Positions 39,079-49,445 are shown, counted from the first letter of the stretch. The stretch: 64,000 nt of DNA from Candidatus Nanoarchaeia archaeon (GCA_028713535.1 JAQTOC010000002.1:9090-73089); one strand, 5' to 3'. Numbers and translations are program-made. Notes: generated by a model not told the origin, from the letters alone.

Positions 39079-40266
39079 ATGAACTTTGAAAGAATAAGGC
39101 AGGATTTTCCAATATTAAACAAACTTGTTTATTTAGATTCTGCCTGTATGAGCTTGAAACCCATCCAAGTTATAGAAAAAATAAACGAGTATTACAAAGA
39201 ATACCCTGGATGTGGTGGAAGAGGAGTTCATAGCATAAGCAAAAAAGTTGACGAAGAAGTCTTTAAAGCAAGAAAGGAAATACAAAAATTATTTAACATA
39301 AAAAAAGAAAGCCAGATTGTTTTTTCTAAAAACACGACAGAATCACTTAACTTAGTCTACAATGGATTAAACATAAAGGGAAACATTATTACAACAGATA
39401 AAGAGCACAATTCAAACCTGCTGCCAGTCATTAAACTATGCAGAGAAAGAGGAATGAAGCACATTATTGTTAACAGCAATAACTGCGTGTTTGACCTTGC
39501 GGATTTTGAAAAAAAGATGAACAAGGGTATCTCTCTAGTTTCTATGGTTCATACCTCTAATTTAGATGGCTCAACAATTCCTGCCAAGGAAATAATTAAA
39601 ATAGCTCACGATAATAATTCCATAGTTATGCTGGACGGGGCTCAGTCTGCTCCACATAAGGAAATTGATTTAAAAAAATTGGATGCTGATTTGTTTGCAT
39701 GCTCAGGTCATAAGATGTTAGGCCCAACAGGAATTGGAATGTTGTATGGAAAAGAAGAAATTCTGGAAAAGCTGAACCCCCTTATTGTTGGAGGGGAAAC
39801 TGTAACAAACTCAACATATAATAGTTATGAAATAGAAAAGGTTCCAAATAGATTTGAAGCTGGATTGCAGCATTATTCTGGAATAATTGGTTTTGGCGAA
39901 GCATGTAATTACTTAAGAAAAGTTGGTATGGATAACATAATGAAGCAGGAATTAAAAGTAAATCAGATAATCGATGATGGATTAAGACCAATAGGAGGGA
40001 TTAATATCCTGGGCCCTGAAGATGTTAGATTCAGACCTGGCATTACATCATTTACATATAAAAATAAGGATGTTCACCAGATTGCACTACTCCTCGATCA
40101 TTCTAAAAAAATAATGATGAGGTCAGGGATGCATTGTGTTCATTCCTGGTTTAACAAGCATAACTTGAAAGGCAGTGTCAGAGCTTCGTTATATTTGTAT
40201 AACAACGAAGAAGATGCACATAAACTCGTCGAAGGGTTTAAACACGTCACAAAAGTAATAGGATGA
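39079..40266 (+). CDS. sufS: SufS-like cysteine desulfurase (PLP, class V)
   Basis: YLDSA, DGAQS, SGHKMLGPTGIG, RSGMHC, RASLYLYN. Confidence 0.9.
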   Translation: MNFERIRQDFPILNKLVYLDSACMSLKPIQVIEKINEYYKEYPGCGGRGVHSISKKVDEEVFKARKEIQKLFNIKKESQIVFSKNTTESLNLVYNGLNIKGNIITTDKEHNSNLLPVIKLCRERGMKHIIVNSNNCVFDLADFEKKMNKGISLVSMVHTSNLDGSTIPAKEIIKIAHDNNSIVMLDGAQSAPHKEIDLKKLDADLFACSGHKMLGPTGIGMLYGKEEILEKLNPLIVGGETVTNSTYNSYEIEKVPNRFEAGLQHYSGIIGFGEACNYLRKVGMDNIMKQELKVNQIIDDGLRPIGGINILGPEDVRFRPGITSFTYKNKDVHQIALLLDHSKKIMMRSGMHCVHSWFNKHNLKGSVRASLYLYNNEEDAHKLVEGFKHVTKVIG

Positions 40267-40880
40267 AAACAAATGTTTTTTTTGTTGTTTCTGTAATTCT
40301 TTTTGTTTTTTTATTGTCATTTAAACTTGAAGTTTTCAACAAGCATTTTTATGACAAACAATTTGTTGAAAATAACGTTTATAACACTCTTGGAAAAGAA
40401 ACAGTAACTAATGAAACCCAGAACATTATGGATTATCTTAAGGGAAAAGCAGATTTGACCACTAATTTTTTTAATGAGAAAGAGAAATTGCATCTAAAAG
40501 ATGTTAAAACATTAATTTTTGTTGCAAATATTTTATTTTACCTAAGTTTGGTTTTAATGCTTGGCTTTTTGATTTATTTCATAAAAACAAAAAACATTAA
40601 AGAAATTAAAGTATCTTTGTCTATTGCTTGTGTTTCTGTACTTGTTATCCTGCTTGTTTTATTCTTATTTGATTTTTCAGATTTGTTCCTGGAATTTCAT
40701 AAAATATTATTTAGCAATAATCTGTGGTTGTTAAATCCCTTGGAAGATAAACTAATAATCATGTTTCCCGAACCATTTTTCTATAAAATCCTTATTGAAA
40801 TTGTAATGAATATCCTATTAATCACTGCGATTATAATCCTTATAAACACAAAAATTTTAAATAATGTTAAATTAAGCTAA
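40263..40880 (+). CDS. DUF1461/TIGR01906 integral membrane protein
   Basis: HLKDVK, FHKILF.NNLW, LIIMFPE.FF. Confidence 0.8.
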   Translation: MKTNVFFVVSVILFVFLLSFKLEVFNKHFYDKQFVENNVYNTLGKETVTNETQNIMDYLKGKADLTTNFFNEKEKLHLKDVKTLIFVANILFYLSLVLMLGFLIYFIKTKNIKEIKVSLSIACVSVLVILLVLFLFDFSDLFLEFHKILFSNNLWLLNPLEDKLIIMFPEPFFYKILIEIVMNILLITAIIILINTKILNNVKLS

Positions 40881-40895
40881 CCTTGGTGAACAAAA

Positions 40896-41141
40896 ATGAA
40901 AATAATTGTATACTCAACAGATGCGTGTCCTTGGTGTTACAAAGTAAAACAGTATCTCAAGGAAAAAGGCGTAGCCTTCACAGAGTACAATGTGGGTGAA
41001 GACAGAAAAAAAGCTGAGGAAATGGTTGAAAAATCCGGGCAGATGAGCGTCCCTGTGACAGATATCGACGGAGAAATCATACTTGGCTTTAATAAAGAAG
41101 CAATAGATGGAGCTTTGAAAAAAAGTAAACTTAAAAACTAA
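40896..41141 (+). CDS. glutaredoxin-like (NrdH-redoxin) protein
   Basis: CPWC, GQMSVP, GF. Confidence 0.9.
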   Translation: MKIIVYSTDACPWCYKVKQYLKEKGVAFTEYNVGEDRKKAEEMVEKSGQMSVPVTDIDGEIILGFNKEAIDGALKKSKLKN

Positions 41142-41172
41142 TAAATATGTATAAATCTGGGGTTAATTATTC

Positions 41173-42513
41173 ATGAACAAATTTTTCGAGGCAAAGTCAA
41201 TAGCAGTAGTGGGAGTTTCGAGGAACAAGGACAAAGTAGGGCACATAATATTCAGTCAGCTTCTTAGAGGTTTCAAAGGAGAAATTTATGGAATAAACCC
41301 AAACCTAAATGAGCTTTATGGGAACAAAATTTACAAAGACCTGCCTTCTCTAAACCGAAAGATAGATCTTGTTGTTATTGCGATCCCCGCTCCTCTCGTT
41401 ATTGATATAATCCGAGAGCTTCCATCTGTTCAGTGCAAGAATGTTGTTATAATCTCTGCAGGATTTAAGGAAATAGGAAATGAGAAACTTGAACTGGAAC
41501 TAAAAAAAGAAATCGAGAAGAGAAACATAAAAGCTATAGGAGTTAATTGCCTTGGAATTTATGATTCATTTTCAGGAATTGATGCAATCTTCTTGCCCTC
41601 TGATAGGGTTCATAGGCCAAAAAAAGGAAAAATAAGTTTTGTTTGTCAGTCAGGAGCAATAGGAGGAGCAGTGCTGGATCTTATGGCTTCCAAAGGATAT
41701 GGTATAAACAAATTCATAAGTTATGGTAATGCCACAAGTTTGGATGAAACAGATTTTATTGATTATCTTGGAAAAGACAAGGATACAAAAGTTATTTGCG
41801 TTTATGTTGAAGGCATTAAGGATGGAAGAAAGTTTCTTGAGGTTTGTAAAAAAATAAAAAAGCCAATCGTAATACTTAAGGGAGGGTTAACTGCTGAAGG
41901 CAACAAGGCTGCATTGTCCCATACTGGCGCATTGGCCGGAGATCCAAGAGTTTATATTGGCGCATTTAAGCAGGCAAATCTTGTTTATGCTGAATCTATT
42001 GAAGATTTGTTTAACTATGCAAGATTATTGGAAAAAAGTTTAGCCCCGAAGGGGGATAATATCCAGATCATAACTAACGGAGGGGGGTTTGGGATTATTA
42101 GTACTGACAGCATAATAAACAACGATCTTTCAATGGCAGAATTATCTCAAAAAACCCGAAAAGAGCTAAGGGAAACATTTCCAAAGTTAGTAATAGTGGA
42201 TAATCCTATGGATCTGATAGGGGATGCAACAGATGAAAGATATGATATTGCTTTAGATAGGTGTGCATCAGATAAAAATATTGATGTTATTTTAGTTGTT
42301 CTTGATTTCCAAACTCCATTGCTTACTCCAAGAATTGTTGATGTTATTTCTAAATATAAGGATAAAAAACCAGTCATCTTGGTTGCCACCGGAGGTGAAC
42401 CAACAGAAAAAATAAAAAGGATTATAGAATCCAAAGGCATTGTTTGTTTTGATTATCCTGAAACTGCTGTAAGAAGTATAAAAAGGCTGGTTGATTATTA
42501 CAACAAAATTTAA
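41173..42513 (+). CDS. acdA: acetate--CoA ligase (ADP-forming) alpha subunit
   Basis: CoA-binding N-terminus, GVNCLG, QSGA, SHTG phospho-His, NPMD. Confidence 0.88.
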   Translation: MNKFFEAKSIAVVGVSRNKDKVGHIIFSQLLRGFKGEIYGINPNLNELYGNKIYKDLPSLNRKIDLVVIAIPAPLVIDIIRELPSVQCKNVVIISAGFKEIGNEKLELELKKEIEKRNIKAIGVNCLGIYDSFSGIDAIFLPSDRVHRPKKGKISFVCQSGAIGGAVLDLMASKGYGINKFISYGNATSLDETDFIDYLGKDKDTKVICVYVEGIKDGRKFLEVCKKIKKPIVILKGGLTAEGNKAALSHTGALAGDPRVYIGAFKQANLVYAESIEDLFNYARLLEKSLAPKGDNIQIITNGGGFGIISTDSIINNDLSMAELSQKTRKELRETFPKLVIVDNPMDLIGDATDERYDIALDRCASDKNIDVILVVLDFQTPLLTPRIVDVISKYKDKKPVILVATGGEPTEKIKRIIESKGIVCFDYPETAVRSIKRLVDYYNKI

Positions 42514-42567
42514 ATACCGTTAAAAACATTCACAATAGTGAAATATTCTTGTCAGGAGGGATAAAAA

Positions 42568-43182
42568 ATGGAATCAATGCACGTTCTGCCAATCCTTGGA
42601 TATGACTACGATTCTTTAGAGCCGTACATAGATAAACAAACTATGGAGATACACCATAAAAAACATCATCAAACTTACGTGGATAATTTCAATAAGATAA
42701 TTGAAAAATATGATGAACTAAAACAAAAAGAAATCTCCAAGATTATTAAGGATCTAAATAAGCTGCCTGAAGAAATAAGATTGAGTGTTAAGAATCAAGG
42801 AGGAGGTTACCTCAATCATTCATTGTTCTGGGAGATACTAAAGAAAGGCACCAAGCTAAAAGGAGAACTAAAAGATGCAATAGAAAAAGCTTTTGGGAGC
42901 TTTGACAGTTTCAAGGAACAGTTTAAGGTTGCTGCTCTGACTCAGTTTGGGAGCGGATGGGCCTGGTTAGTTCTAAATAAAAATAGATTGGAGATAATAA
43001 AAACTTCAAATCAGGACAATCCTCTGACCGATGGAAAAATCCCTATTTTGATGATAGACGTATGGGAGCACGCTTATTATTTAAAATATCAGAATAGAAG
43101 GAATGAATACGTTGAAAACTTTTTTAACGTAATCAACTGGGATAATGCAAATAAAAATTACTTAAGAGCTATTCAACAGTGA
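42568..43182 (+). CDS. sod: Mn/Fe superoxide dismutase
   Basis: HHKKHH, GGGYLNH, FGSGWAWL, DVWEHAYY. Confidence 0.95.
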   Translation: MESMHVLPILGYDYDSLEPYIDKQTMEIHHKKHHQTYVDNFNKIIEKYDELKQKEISKIIKDLNKLPEEIRLSVKNQGGGYLNHSLFWEILKKGTKLKGELKDAIEKAFGSFDSFKEQFKVAALTQFGSGWAWLVLNKNRLEIIKTSNQDNPLTDGKIPILMIDVWEHAYYLKYQNRRNEYVENFFNVINWDNANKNYLRAIQQ

Positions 43183-44962
43183 CTGACTTGGCAAGGTTCC
43201 TTGGTTTGTCAGGATCAATTCCTTTAAGGTCAGCAATATAATACGATAACAGTTGTAAGGGGATTACATTCAGAATTGGGCTTAATTCCTCTTTGGTGGC
43301 AGGTACATAAATAATTTTATCAGCGATCTCTTTTAATTCTTTGTCGCTGGTTACAATAATTATCTTTCCTCCTCTCGATTTTATTTCTTCTATGTTGCTT
43401 AGGCATTTTTTAGTCAGATTGTCTTTGTTTAAAACAAAAATAACTGGAAAATCTTTTTCAATTAAGGCAATAGGGCCGTGTTTCATCTCAGCGGTTGGAT
43501 AGCCTTCTGCGTGAATATAGGAAATCTCTTTTAGTTTTAATGCCCCCTCTAAAGCTACAGGAAAATTAATTCCTCTCCCGAGAAATAAAAATGCTTTGCT
43601 CTCTCTTAAGTCATTAGCTATATTTTTTATTTTTTCAGTGTCATTAAAAATTGTTCTTGCTTTTTCAGGCAACCTAGTTATCTCTTCAACCAAGGAGTAC
43701 TCTATCTTATTTCCTTTTTCTTGCTCAATATACAATGAAATCAGTAAAATTGCTAAAACCTGCCCGGTAAATGCTTTTGTGCTTGCCACTCCAATCTCAG
43801 GTCCAGAATGCAGGTAAATTCCAGAGTCTACTTCCCTGGAGATTGTAGAGCCGACAACATTGATTATCCCCATGGTTTTTGCTTTTTTTGCTTTTGCCTC
43901 TTTTATTGCAGCAAGAGTGTCAGCAGTCTCCCCAGATTGGGATATTGCAATAACCAAGTCTCCTTCTTTGATGATTGGATTTTTATACCTAAACTCAGAT
44001 GCATAATCCACATCCACAGGAATCCTGTTTATTTTTTCTATAATATACTTGCCAATTAAGGCAGAATGCCAGCTTGTGCCACAGGCAATGAATATTATTC
44101 TCTTTATCGATTTGATATCAAAGTTTAGGCTAAGTTTAATATTTTTGTCTTTTATTCTACCCCTCAACGTATTTTCTAGGGCATCTGGCTGCTCAAATAT
44201 TTCTTTAAGCATGAAGTGCTTGAAACCCTTTTTTTCTATCTGATCAATGCTCCATTTAATTTCATGAACTTTTTTGTCAATCCCGTTCCCATAAATATCG
44301 CTTATGCTGTAATTCTCTTTTGTTATTGTAGCAACCTCATTGTCATCCAGATAAATAACCTTTTTAGTATGCTCCAAAATTCCAGCTGCATCAGAACAAA
44401 CAAACATTTCATGGTCTCCCACACCAAGGATCAGAGGGGATCCCCTCCTCGCAGCAACAATTTTATCTTCGTTCTTGCTCATAACTGCCAAGCCAAACGT
44501 TCCATCAATGCATCTCAGGGCATTTATAGTAGCTTCAGTTAAATCTCCATGATAAAAATCTTCAATTAGATGAGCGATTACTTCAGAATCAGTATTGGAT
44601 ATAAAGTTATGGCCTTTTTTCTTGAGGATTTCTCTTAAACCAGCATAATTTTCTATAATCCCATTATGAACAATGGCAATTTCTTTTTTGCAGTCTAAAT
44701 GAGGATGGGCATTTGTTTCATTAGGGACTCCATGTGTTGCCCATCTTGTATGGGCAATTCCGATTGATCCATTCAAAGAACCGAGTTCAGGGCTTTTTTC
44801 AAGTTCAGAGATCCTGCCTGCTCTTTTGATGATACCCAATTGATTGTTTTGTTTTACAACTAATCCTGCACTGTCATAGCCTCTGTATTCTAATGTTTTT
44901 AAACCTTTGATCAGCAAAGGCACAACTTCCCTGTCTCCAGCATAGGCGATTATCCCGCACAT
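43169..44962 (-). CDS. glmS: glutamine--fructose-6-phosphate aminotransferase
   Basis: MCGI, HTRWATHG, SQSGETAD, PRNLAKSVTVE. Confidence 0.97.
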   Translation of the reverse strand: MCGIIAYAGDREVVPLLIKGLKTLEYRGYDSAGLVVKQNNQLGIIKRAGRISELEKSPELGSLNGSIGIAHTRWATHGVPNETNAHPHLDCKKEIAIVHNGIIENYAGLREILKKKGHNFISNTDSEVIAHLIEDFYHGDLTEATINALRCIDGTFGLAVMSKNEDKIVAARRGSPLILGVGDHEMFVCSDAAGILEHTKKVIYLDDNEVATITKENYSISDIYGNGIDKKVHEIKWSIDQIEKKGFKHFMLKEIFEQPDALENTLRGRIKDKNIKLSLNFDIKSIKRIIFIACGTSWHSALIGKYIIEKINRIPVDVDYASEFRYKNPIIKEGDLVIAISQSGETADTLAAIKEAKAKKAKTMGIINVVGSTISREVDSGIYLHSGPEIGVASTKAFTGQVLAILLISLYIEQEKGNKIEYSLVEEITRLPEKARTIFNDTEKIKNIANDLRESKAFLFLGRGINFPVALEGALKLKEISYIHAEGYPTAEMKHGPIALIEKDFPVIFVLNKDNLTKKCLSNIEEIKSRGGKIIIVTSDKELKEIADKIIYVPATKEELSPILNVIPLQLLSYYIADLKGIDPDKPRNLAKSVTVE

Positions 44963-45048
44963 AAAGATTAATAGAAAATCAGTCTATTTTAATTTTTTGT
45001 TTTGGATATAATCAAAATTCTTAAATAGTTGAAAATAGGCATTGTTTT

Positions 45049-46146
45049 ATGGTAGATGTTTTTATAACATCATGTGAAACCTACAATCAAAAAGAGGTAA
45101 ACAGGGCAGTAGGGAAAATTCTGAAGAACTTTAAGATTAAACCAAAAAAAACTGTGCTCATAAAACCAAATCTTCTTGGAAGCTACAGAAAAGGTCATAT
45201 AGTGATTACTAATCCTGCAGTTATTGAAGCAATCTGCAAGGTTCTTGCAAAGAATAAAAATAAAATTATAATCGGGGATTCTTCCTTTCAGAATACAGAT
45301 ATTGCAATACAAAAATCAGGTATGCTTAGCGTTGCAAAAAAATATAATGCCCAGGTCTTGAATTTTGAAAAAACAAAATTAGTAAATGTAAAAATTCCAA
45401 AGGGAAAAATCTTAAAAGAAATCCTTCTGCCAGAAATTCTTTTCAAGGCAGATTACATAATCAACGTTCCAAAGCTTAAAACCCACTCATTAATGAAGTT
45501 AACTTGTGCAGTTAAAAATCTCTTCGGGGTTATCCCCGGATATAAAAAACAGAAGCTCCATGGTCTTGCACACTCAGAAAAAAAATTTGCCCAGCTTCTC
45601 CTCGATTTGCATAGCGTTGTAACCCCAACTCTAACTCTCGTTGACGCAGTAATCGGAATGGATGGGGAAGGACCTTCGGCAGGGGACGCTAGGCCTACAG
45701 GGATTGTATTTGCTTCTCAGTCTTCATTTGCTGTTGATCTTGTTGCCTGTGATATGATAGGTTGGAAAAGAAATTATGTGCCTACAAACAGATTGGTTAT
45801 GAAACAAAAATTATTCAATGAACCAATAACAATTCATGGGGAGATGCATCATATTCCTTACAAAAAACCACCAGCCCTGCCTGTAGGCTTGCTTAGCGCT
45901 GTAATGAGATTTATGCCAAAACCAAAGATAACTGTAAATAAAGAAAAATGCATAAGGTGCGGGGCATGTATGAGAGGCTGTCCTGTCGGTGCAATAACCT
46001 TAAATCCCTACCCTCTGATAAATACAAAAAAATGCATAAGGTGTTTTTGTTGCATAGAAGTTTGCCCAGAGCACGCATTATACCTTAAAGATTCTTTTAT
46101 TGTAAGTTTATTTAATTCTTTGAGAAAGAAAAATCTTAAGCTTTAG
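45049..46146 (+). CDS. DUF362 protein with 2x[4Fe-4S] ferredoxin domain
   Basis: IKPN, PKLKTH, KNLFG, GEGP; two CxxCxxCxxxCP motifs. Confidence 0.88.
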   Translation: MVDVFITSCETYNQKEVNRAVGKILKNFKIKPKKTVLIKPNLLGSYRKGHIVITNPAVIEAICKVLAKNKNKIIIGDSSFQNTDIAIQKSGMLSVAKKYNAQVLNFEKTKLVNVKIPKGKILKEILLPEILFKADYIINVPKLKTHSLMKLTCAVKNLFGVIPGYKKQKLHGLAHSEKKFAQLLLDLHSVVTPTLTLVDAVIGMDGEGPSAGDARPTGIVFASQSSFAVDLVACDMIGWKRNYVPTNRLVMKQKLFNEPITIHGEMHHIPYKKPPALPVGLLSAVMRFMPKPKITVNKEKCIRCGACMRGCPVGAITLNPYPLINTKKCIRCFCCIEVCPEHALYLKDSFIVSLFNSLRKKNLKL

Positions 46147-48034
46147 GTTCTATTATTCTTATGGAATTTATGCTTTTTATTCTTTTTATTCTTGATGTGA
46201 TTTCCTTGAGATGCTCAATGTCTTCAAACCTGAGCATAATCTCTATCTGGGCTTTTTCATTTTTCATTAATTTGCTTGTCGCATGTATTATGTTTGTGCC
46301 TGTTGCAGAAACAGTATTTATTATGTCCGCAAGTATCCCTACTCTGTCAAAACAATTTATTTCAAGTATCAAGTCTAGATTTGAAATCTTGTTCCATGTT
46401 GCGATTCTCTTCTTGGATTTAAGTTTGTCTTTAAGGCTTTCACAGTCTTCTTTGTGGATCATATACTGTTTTCCAATGATGTAAGCAACAACGGGCTCGG
46501 GAGGCAAGGGGTTGCAGCATTTTGCTACTCTGGTTTTGCGTGATCTGCCGTTTATGGAAAATAATGAGGTTGGAACTTCTCCTTCTTTTTTTTCAATAAT
46601 CTTGCTTGGCTCTGGTTTTTGTTTGAGTTTGAAAAACCTTTTTATTTTTGCTTTAGCCTTGTTTGTCCTGACAATCCAAAGCCAGTCTCTTCTTGGATGG
46701 GCTTCCTTCTTGGTTAAAATCTTGATTATGTCTCCGTGTTTTAGTTCATGTCTTAATGAAACAATCCTGCCGTTGACTATTGCGCCAATGCACTTGTCTC
46801 CCAAATCAGAATGAAGCGCGTATGCAAAATCAACCGGAGTAGATCCTTTTGGAAGAGCTATTACTTCTGAGGTGGGGGTAAATACATAGATTTCGTCTTC
46901 AAAAAAATCATCTTTTAAAAAATCCCTGAATTCTTTTGGAGTTGTTTCTTCTTTTTTAAACCTGAACACCTCCCTGATCCATGAGAGTTTCTTGTCAAAT
47001 TTTTTGTCTAGAATGTCTGCTCCCTTGTATTTCCAGTGTGCAGCGATGCCTTCCTCTGCAATTCTGTCCATCTCCTTTGTTCTTATCTGGAATTCTACTG
47101 GTTGGTTCAATGCCATTACTGCAGTATGTAAGCTTTGATACATGTTTTTTTTGGGGACAGCAACATAGTCATTAAACTCGCCAGGGATTGGAGGCCATTC
47201 ATTGTGTATTACCCCAAGAATTTCATAGCAATGCTTGACTGTGTCAGTAACAATCCTCAATCCAATTAAATCATAAATTTCATCAAGGTTTCTTTTTTTC
47301 TCAATCATCTTCTTGTATAAGCTATAGATGTGTTTAGGCCTTCCAATTATTTCTGCAGAAATGCCTCTTTCTTTGATCTTGACCTCTAAGATCTTTTTTA
47401 GTTTTTTAATTTCGTTTTCTCTCTCTTTGCCCTGGGCTACTTTCTTACTTAATTTTTCATACATTTCAGGGTTAAGAACTTTGAATGCTAGATCTTCTAA
47501 TTCAGCTTTTACAGTAAACATCCCCATCCTAGAGGCAAGAGGCGCATATATCTCCAGTGTGGCCTGTGACACTTTCTTTTGTTTGTCAACAGGAAGATGG
47601 CTTAGCGTACGCATGTTATGTAATTTATCAATCAACTTGATTATGATAACTCTTAAATCCCTTGATGTGGCTATGAATAATTTTCTTATCGACTCTGTGT
47701 CTCTTGTTTTTTCATACTTAAACTGTTTTAATTTTGTTAATCCATCCACAAGACCTGCTACTTCTTTGCCAAATTCTTTTTCAATATCTTCTAATGAAGC
47801 TTCTGAATCCTCAACAGTGTCATGCAGCAGGGAAGCAATTATGCTTTCAGAATCCATTTTTAGCTCGGCGAGAATGTATGCAACATTTAATGGGTGCTGG
47901 ATGAATGGCTCGCCAGACGCCCTGTTTACCCCTTTATGGAACTTGTCTGCGAAATCATATGCTTTTTTAACTAAGTCAATATTAACATCCAGTTTGTTCT
48001 CTTCAATTTTTTTAATTAAATCTTTAAGTTCCAT
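46136..48034 (-). CDS. rel: long RelA/SpoT homologue, bifunctional (p)ppGpp synthetase/hydrolase
   Basis: HD domain (HP..VA, LHDTVED, DKLHNMRTL), SYNTH (GRPKHIYS, DLIGLR, YQSLHT, EFQIRT), TGS (DFAYALHS), ZFD (AKCCNP...H...C), ACT (DRVGILADI). Confidence 0.95.
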   Translation of the reverse strand: MELKDLIKKIEENKLDVNIDLVKKAYDFADKFHKGVNRASGEPFIQHPLNVAYILAELKMDSESIIASLLHDTVEDSEASLEDIEKEFGKEVAGLVDGLTKLKQFKYEKTRDTESIRKLFIATSRDLRVIIIKLIDKLHNMRTLSHLPVDKQKKVSQATLEIYAPLASRMGMFTVKAELEDLAFKVLNPEMYEKLSKKVAQGKERENEIKKLKKILEVKIKERGISAEIIGRPKHIYSLYKKMIEKKRNLDEIYDLIGLRIVTDTVKHCYEILGVIHNEWPPIPGEFNDYVAVPKKNMYQSLHTAVMALNQPVEFQIRTKEMDRIAEEGIAAHWKYKGADILDKKFDKKLSWIREVFRFKKEETTPKEFRDFLKDDFFEDEIYVFTPTSEVIALPKGSTPVDFAYALHSDLGDKCIGAIVNGRIVSLRHELKHGDIIKILTKKEAHPRRDWLWIVRTNKAKAKIKRFFKLKQKPEPSKIIEKKEGEVPTSLFSINGRSRKTRVAKCCNPLPPEPVVAYIIGKQYMIHKEDCESLKDKLKSKKRIATWNKISNLDLILEINCFDRVGILADIINTVSATGTNIIHATSKLMKNEKAQIEIMLRFEDIEHLKEITSRIKRIKSINSIRIIEPKA

Positions 48035-48077
48035 GCTATTTCAGAATATAAAGAAATTAATAAACTTAATTGAAAAA

Positions 48078-48308
48078 TTAATATCCATAGATAAGCCTGG
48101 TTACCACATCGTTGTAGGATATCCAACCCAATAAAAGTCCTGTACCTATGAGAAGAATCACCAGCAATATGATTAATATCTTTAGTCCAAACACAACCTG
48201 GCTCAACTGCTTGTTTGTTTTCTCAAGATGAGTTTGGGAAAATCCGTACAAAACAGTACCATCTTTTTCTTTATATTCTACTCCCTTTTGTTGAGGCATT
48301 TGTATCAC
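48078..48308 (-). CDS. small single-TM protein
   Basis: AGGTGA RBS; one TM segment. Confidence 0.6.
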   Translation of the reverse strand: MIQMPQQKGVEYKEKDGTVLYGFSQTHLEKTNKQLSQVVFGLKILIILLVILLIGTGLLLGWISYNDVVTRLIYGY

Positions 48309-48398
48309 CTGTATATAATTGGATGGTTTATTTTTAAATATTTATATACTATAAAGCATTTAGTAAGGTATATAAATTTTGTTTTGAACTTAGGGGTT

Positions 48399-49445
48399 AT
48401 GAAAATATACATAAAGACCTTTGGATGTGCGCTGAATAAGGCAGATAGTAATTTTATGTCTAACTTCCTTAATTTAAACGGTTTTGAGATTGTTAAAACT
48501 CCAGACCTAGCAGATATCATTCTTGTTAATTCTTGCGGTGTCAAGGAAAGAACCCAGCACAGGGTTCTCAGTTATATTGAAGAAGCAAGGAGCACTGGAA
48601 AAAAAGTTTATGTTGGCGGTTGCTTGCCGAAGATGCTCAAGGGAAAAATTCATGCAGACGGTCTTTTTGATACAAACTCAATAACAAGGATACCCGAGCT
48701 TTTTAATGATACTGAAAAAATAATTTTCTCTGACAAAAAAGAGGATAAGCTTGACATTAATCAGGAAAAAGGGTTGGCAGTCATCCCTATTGCAGAGGGT
48801 TGTTTGAACCACTGTAACTATTGTTCTGTAAAAGCAGTCAGGGGTGATTTAAGGTCCTACCCCAAGGATGCAATAATAGAAAAAATAAAACAACTCCTTG
48901 ATAACGGTGCAGATAAAATTTATCTTACTGCCCAGGACACAGGGTGTTATGGACTTGATATAAATGAAAACATTGTTTCTTTGCTAAAAGAAATAATTAA
49001 AATAAAAAAAGATTTTAAAGTAAGGCTTGGTATGGCAAATCCCCAGTTTATTATTCCAATTGCAGACGATCTTATTGAAATTTATAAGAATGATAAGATT
49101 ATGAAGTTCCTGCATATCCCGCTCCAGTCTGGCTCTGATAAAATATTAAAGGACATGGGCAGGAATTATTCTGTTGCCGGATTTATTAAGTTAGTTGGTA
49201 AGTTCAGAAAACATGTAAAAGGAATTAACATTTCCACAGATATCATTCTAGGTTATCCCACAGAAACAGAGGAAGATTTCAAAAAAACATTGGAGTTAAT
49301 AGACAAAATAAAACCTGAAGTGATTAACGTTTCAAAGTTTGCTCCAAGGCCGGGAACAAAGGCATCAAGGTTAAAGCAAATTGATTCAAAAATTGTTAAA
49401 GAAAGATCAAAAAAAATAAATGAAAGAATTAAGCTTTTGGTGTAA
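48399..49445 (+). CDS. radical SAM tRNA methylthiotransferase (MtaB/MiaB-like), no TRAM domain
   Basis: TFGC..N, NSC, GGC; CLNHCNYC; QSGSD; TDIILGYP; start ATG at 48399. Confidence 0.88.
   Translation: MKIYIKTFGCALNKADSNFMSNFLNLNGFEIVKTPDLADIILVNSCGVKERTQHRVLSYIEEARSTGKKVYVGGCLPKMLKGKIHADGLFDTNSITRIPELFNDTEKIIFSDKKEDKLDINQEKGLAVIPIAEGCLNHCNYCSVKAVRGDLRSYPKDAIIEKIKQLLDNGADKIYLTAQDTGCYGLDINENIVSLLKEIIKIKKDFKVRLGMANPQFIIPIADDLIEIYKNDKIMKFLHIPLQSGSDKILKDMGRNYSVAGFIKLVGKFRKHVKGINISTDIILGYPTETEEDFKKTLELIDKIKPEVINVSKFAPRPGTKASRLKQIDSKIVKERSKKINERIKLLV

Noticed and set aside
47328..48134. Long antisense ORFs (also 14998-15594, 23274-23909, 51420-52028, 53470-54060)
   Set aside because: Shadows of conserved genes on the opposite strand; Ser/Phe/Ile-rich with no motifs
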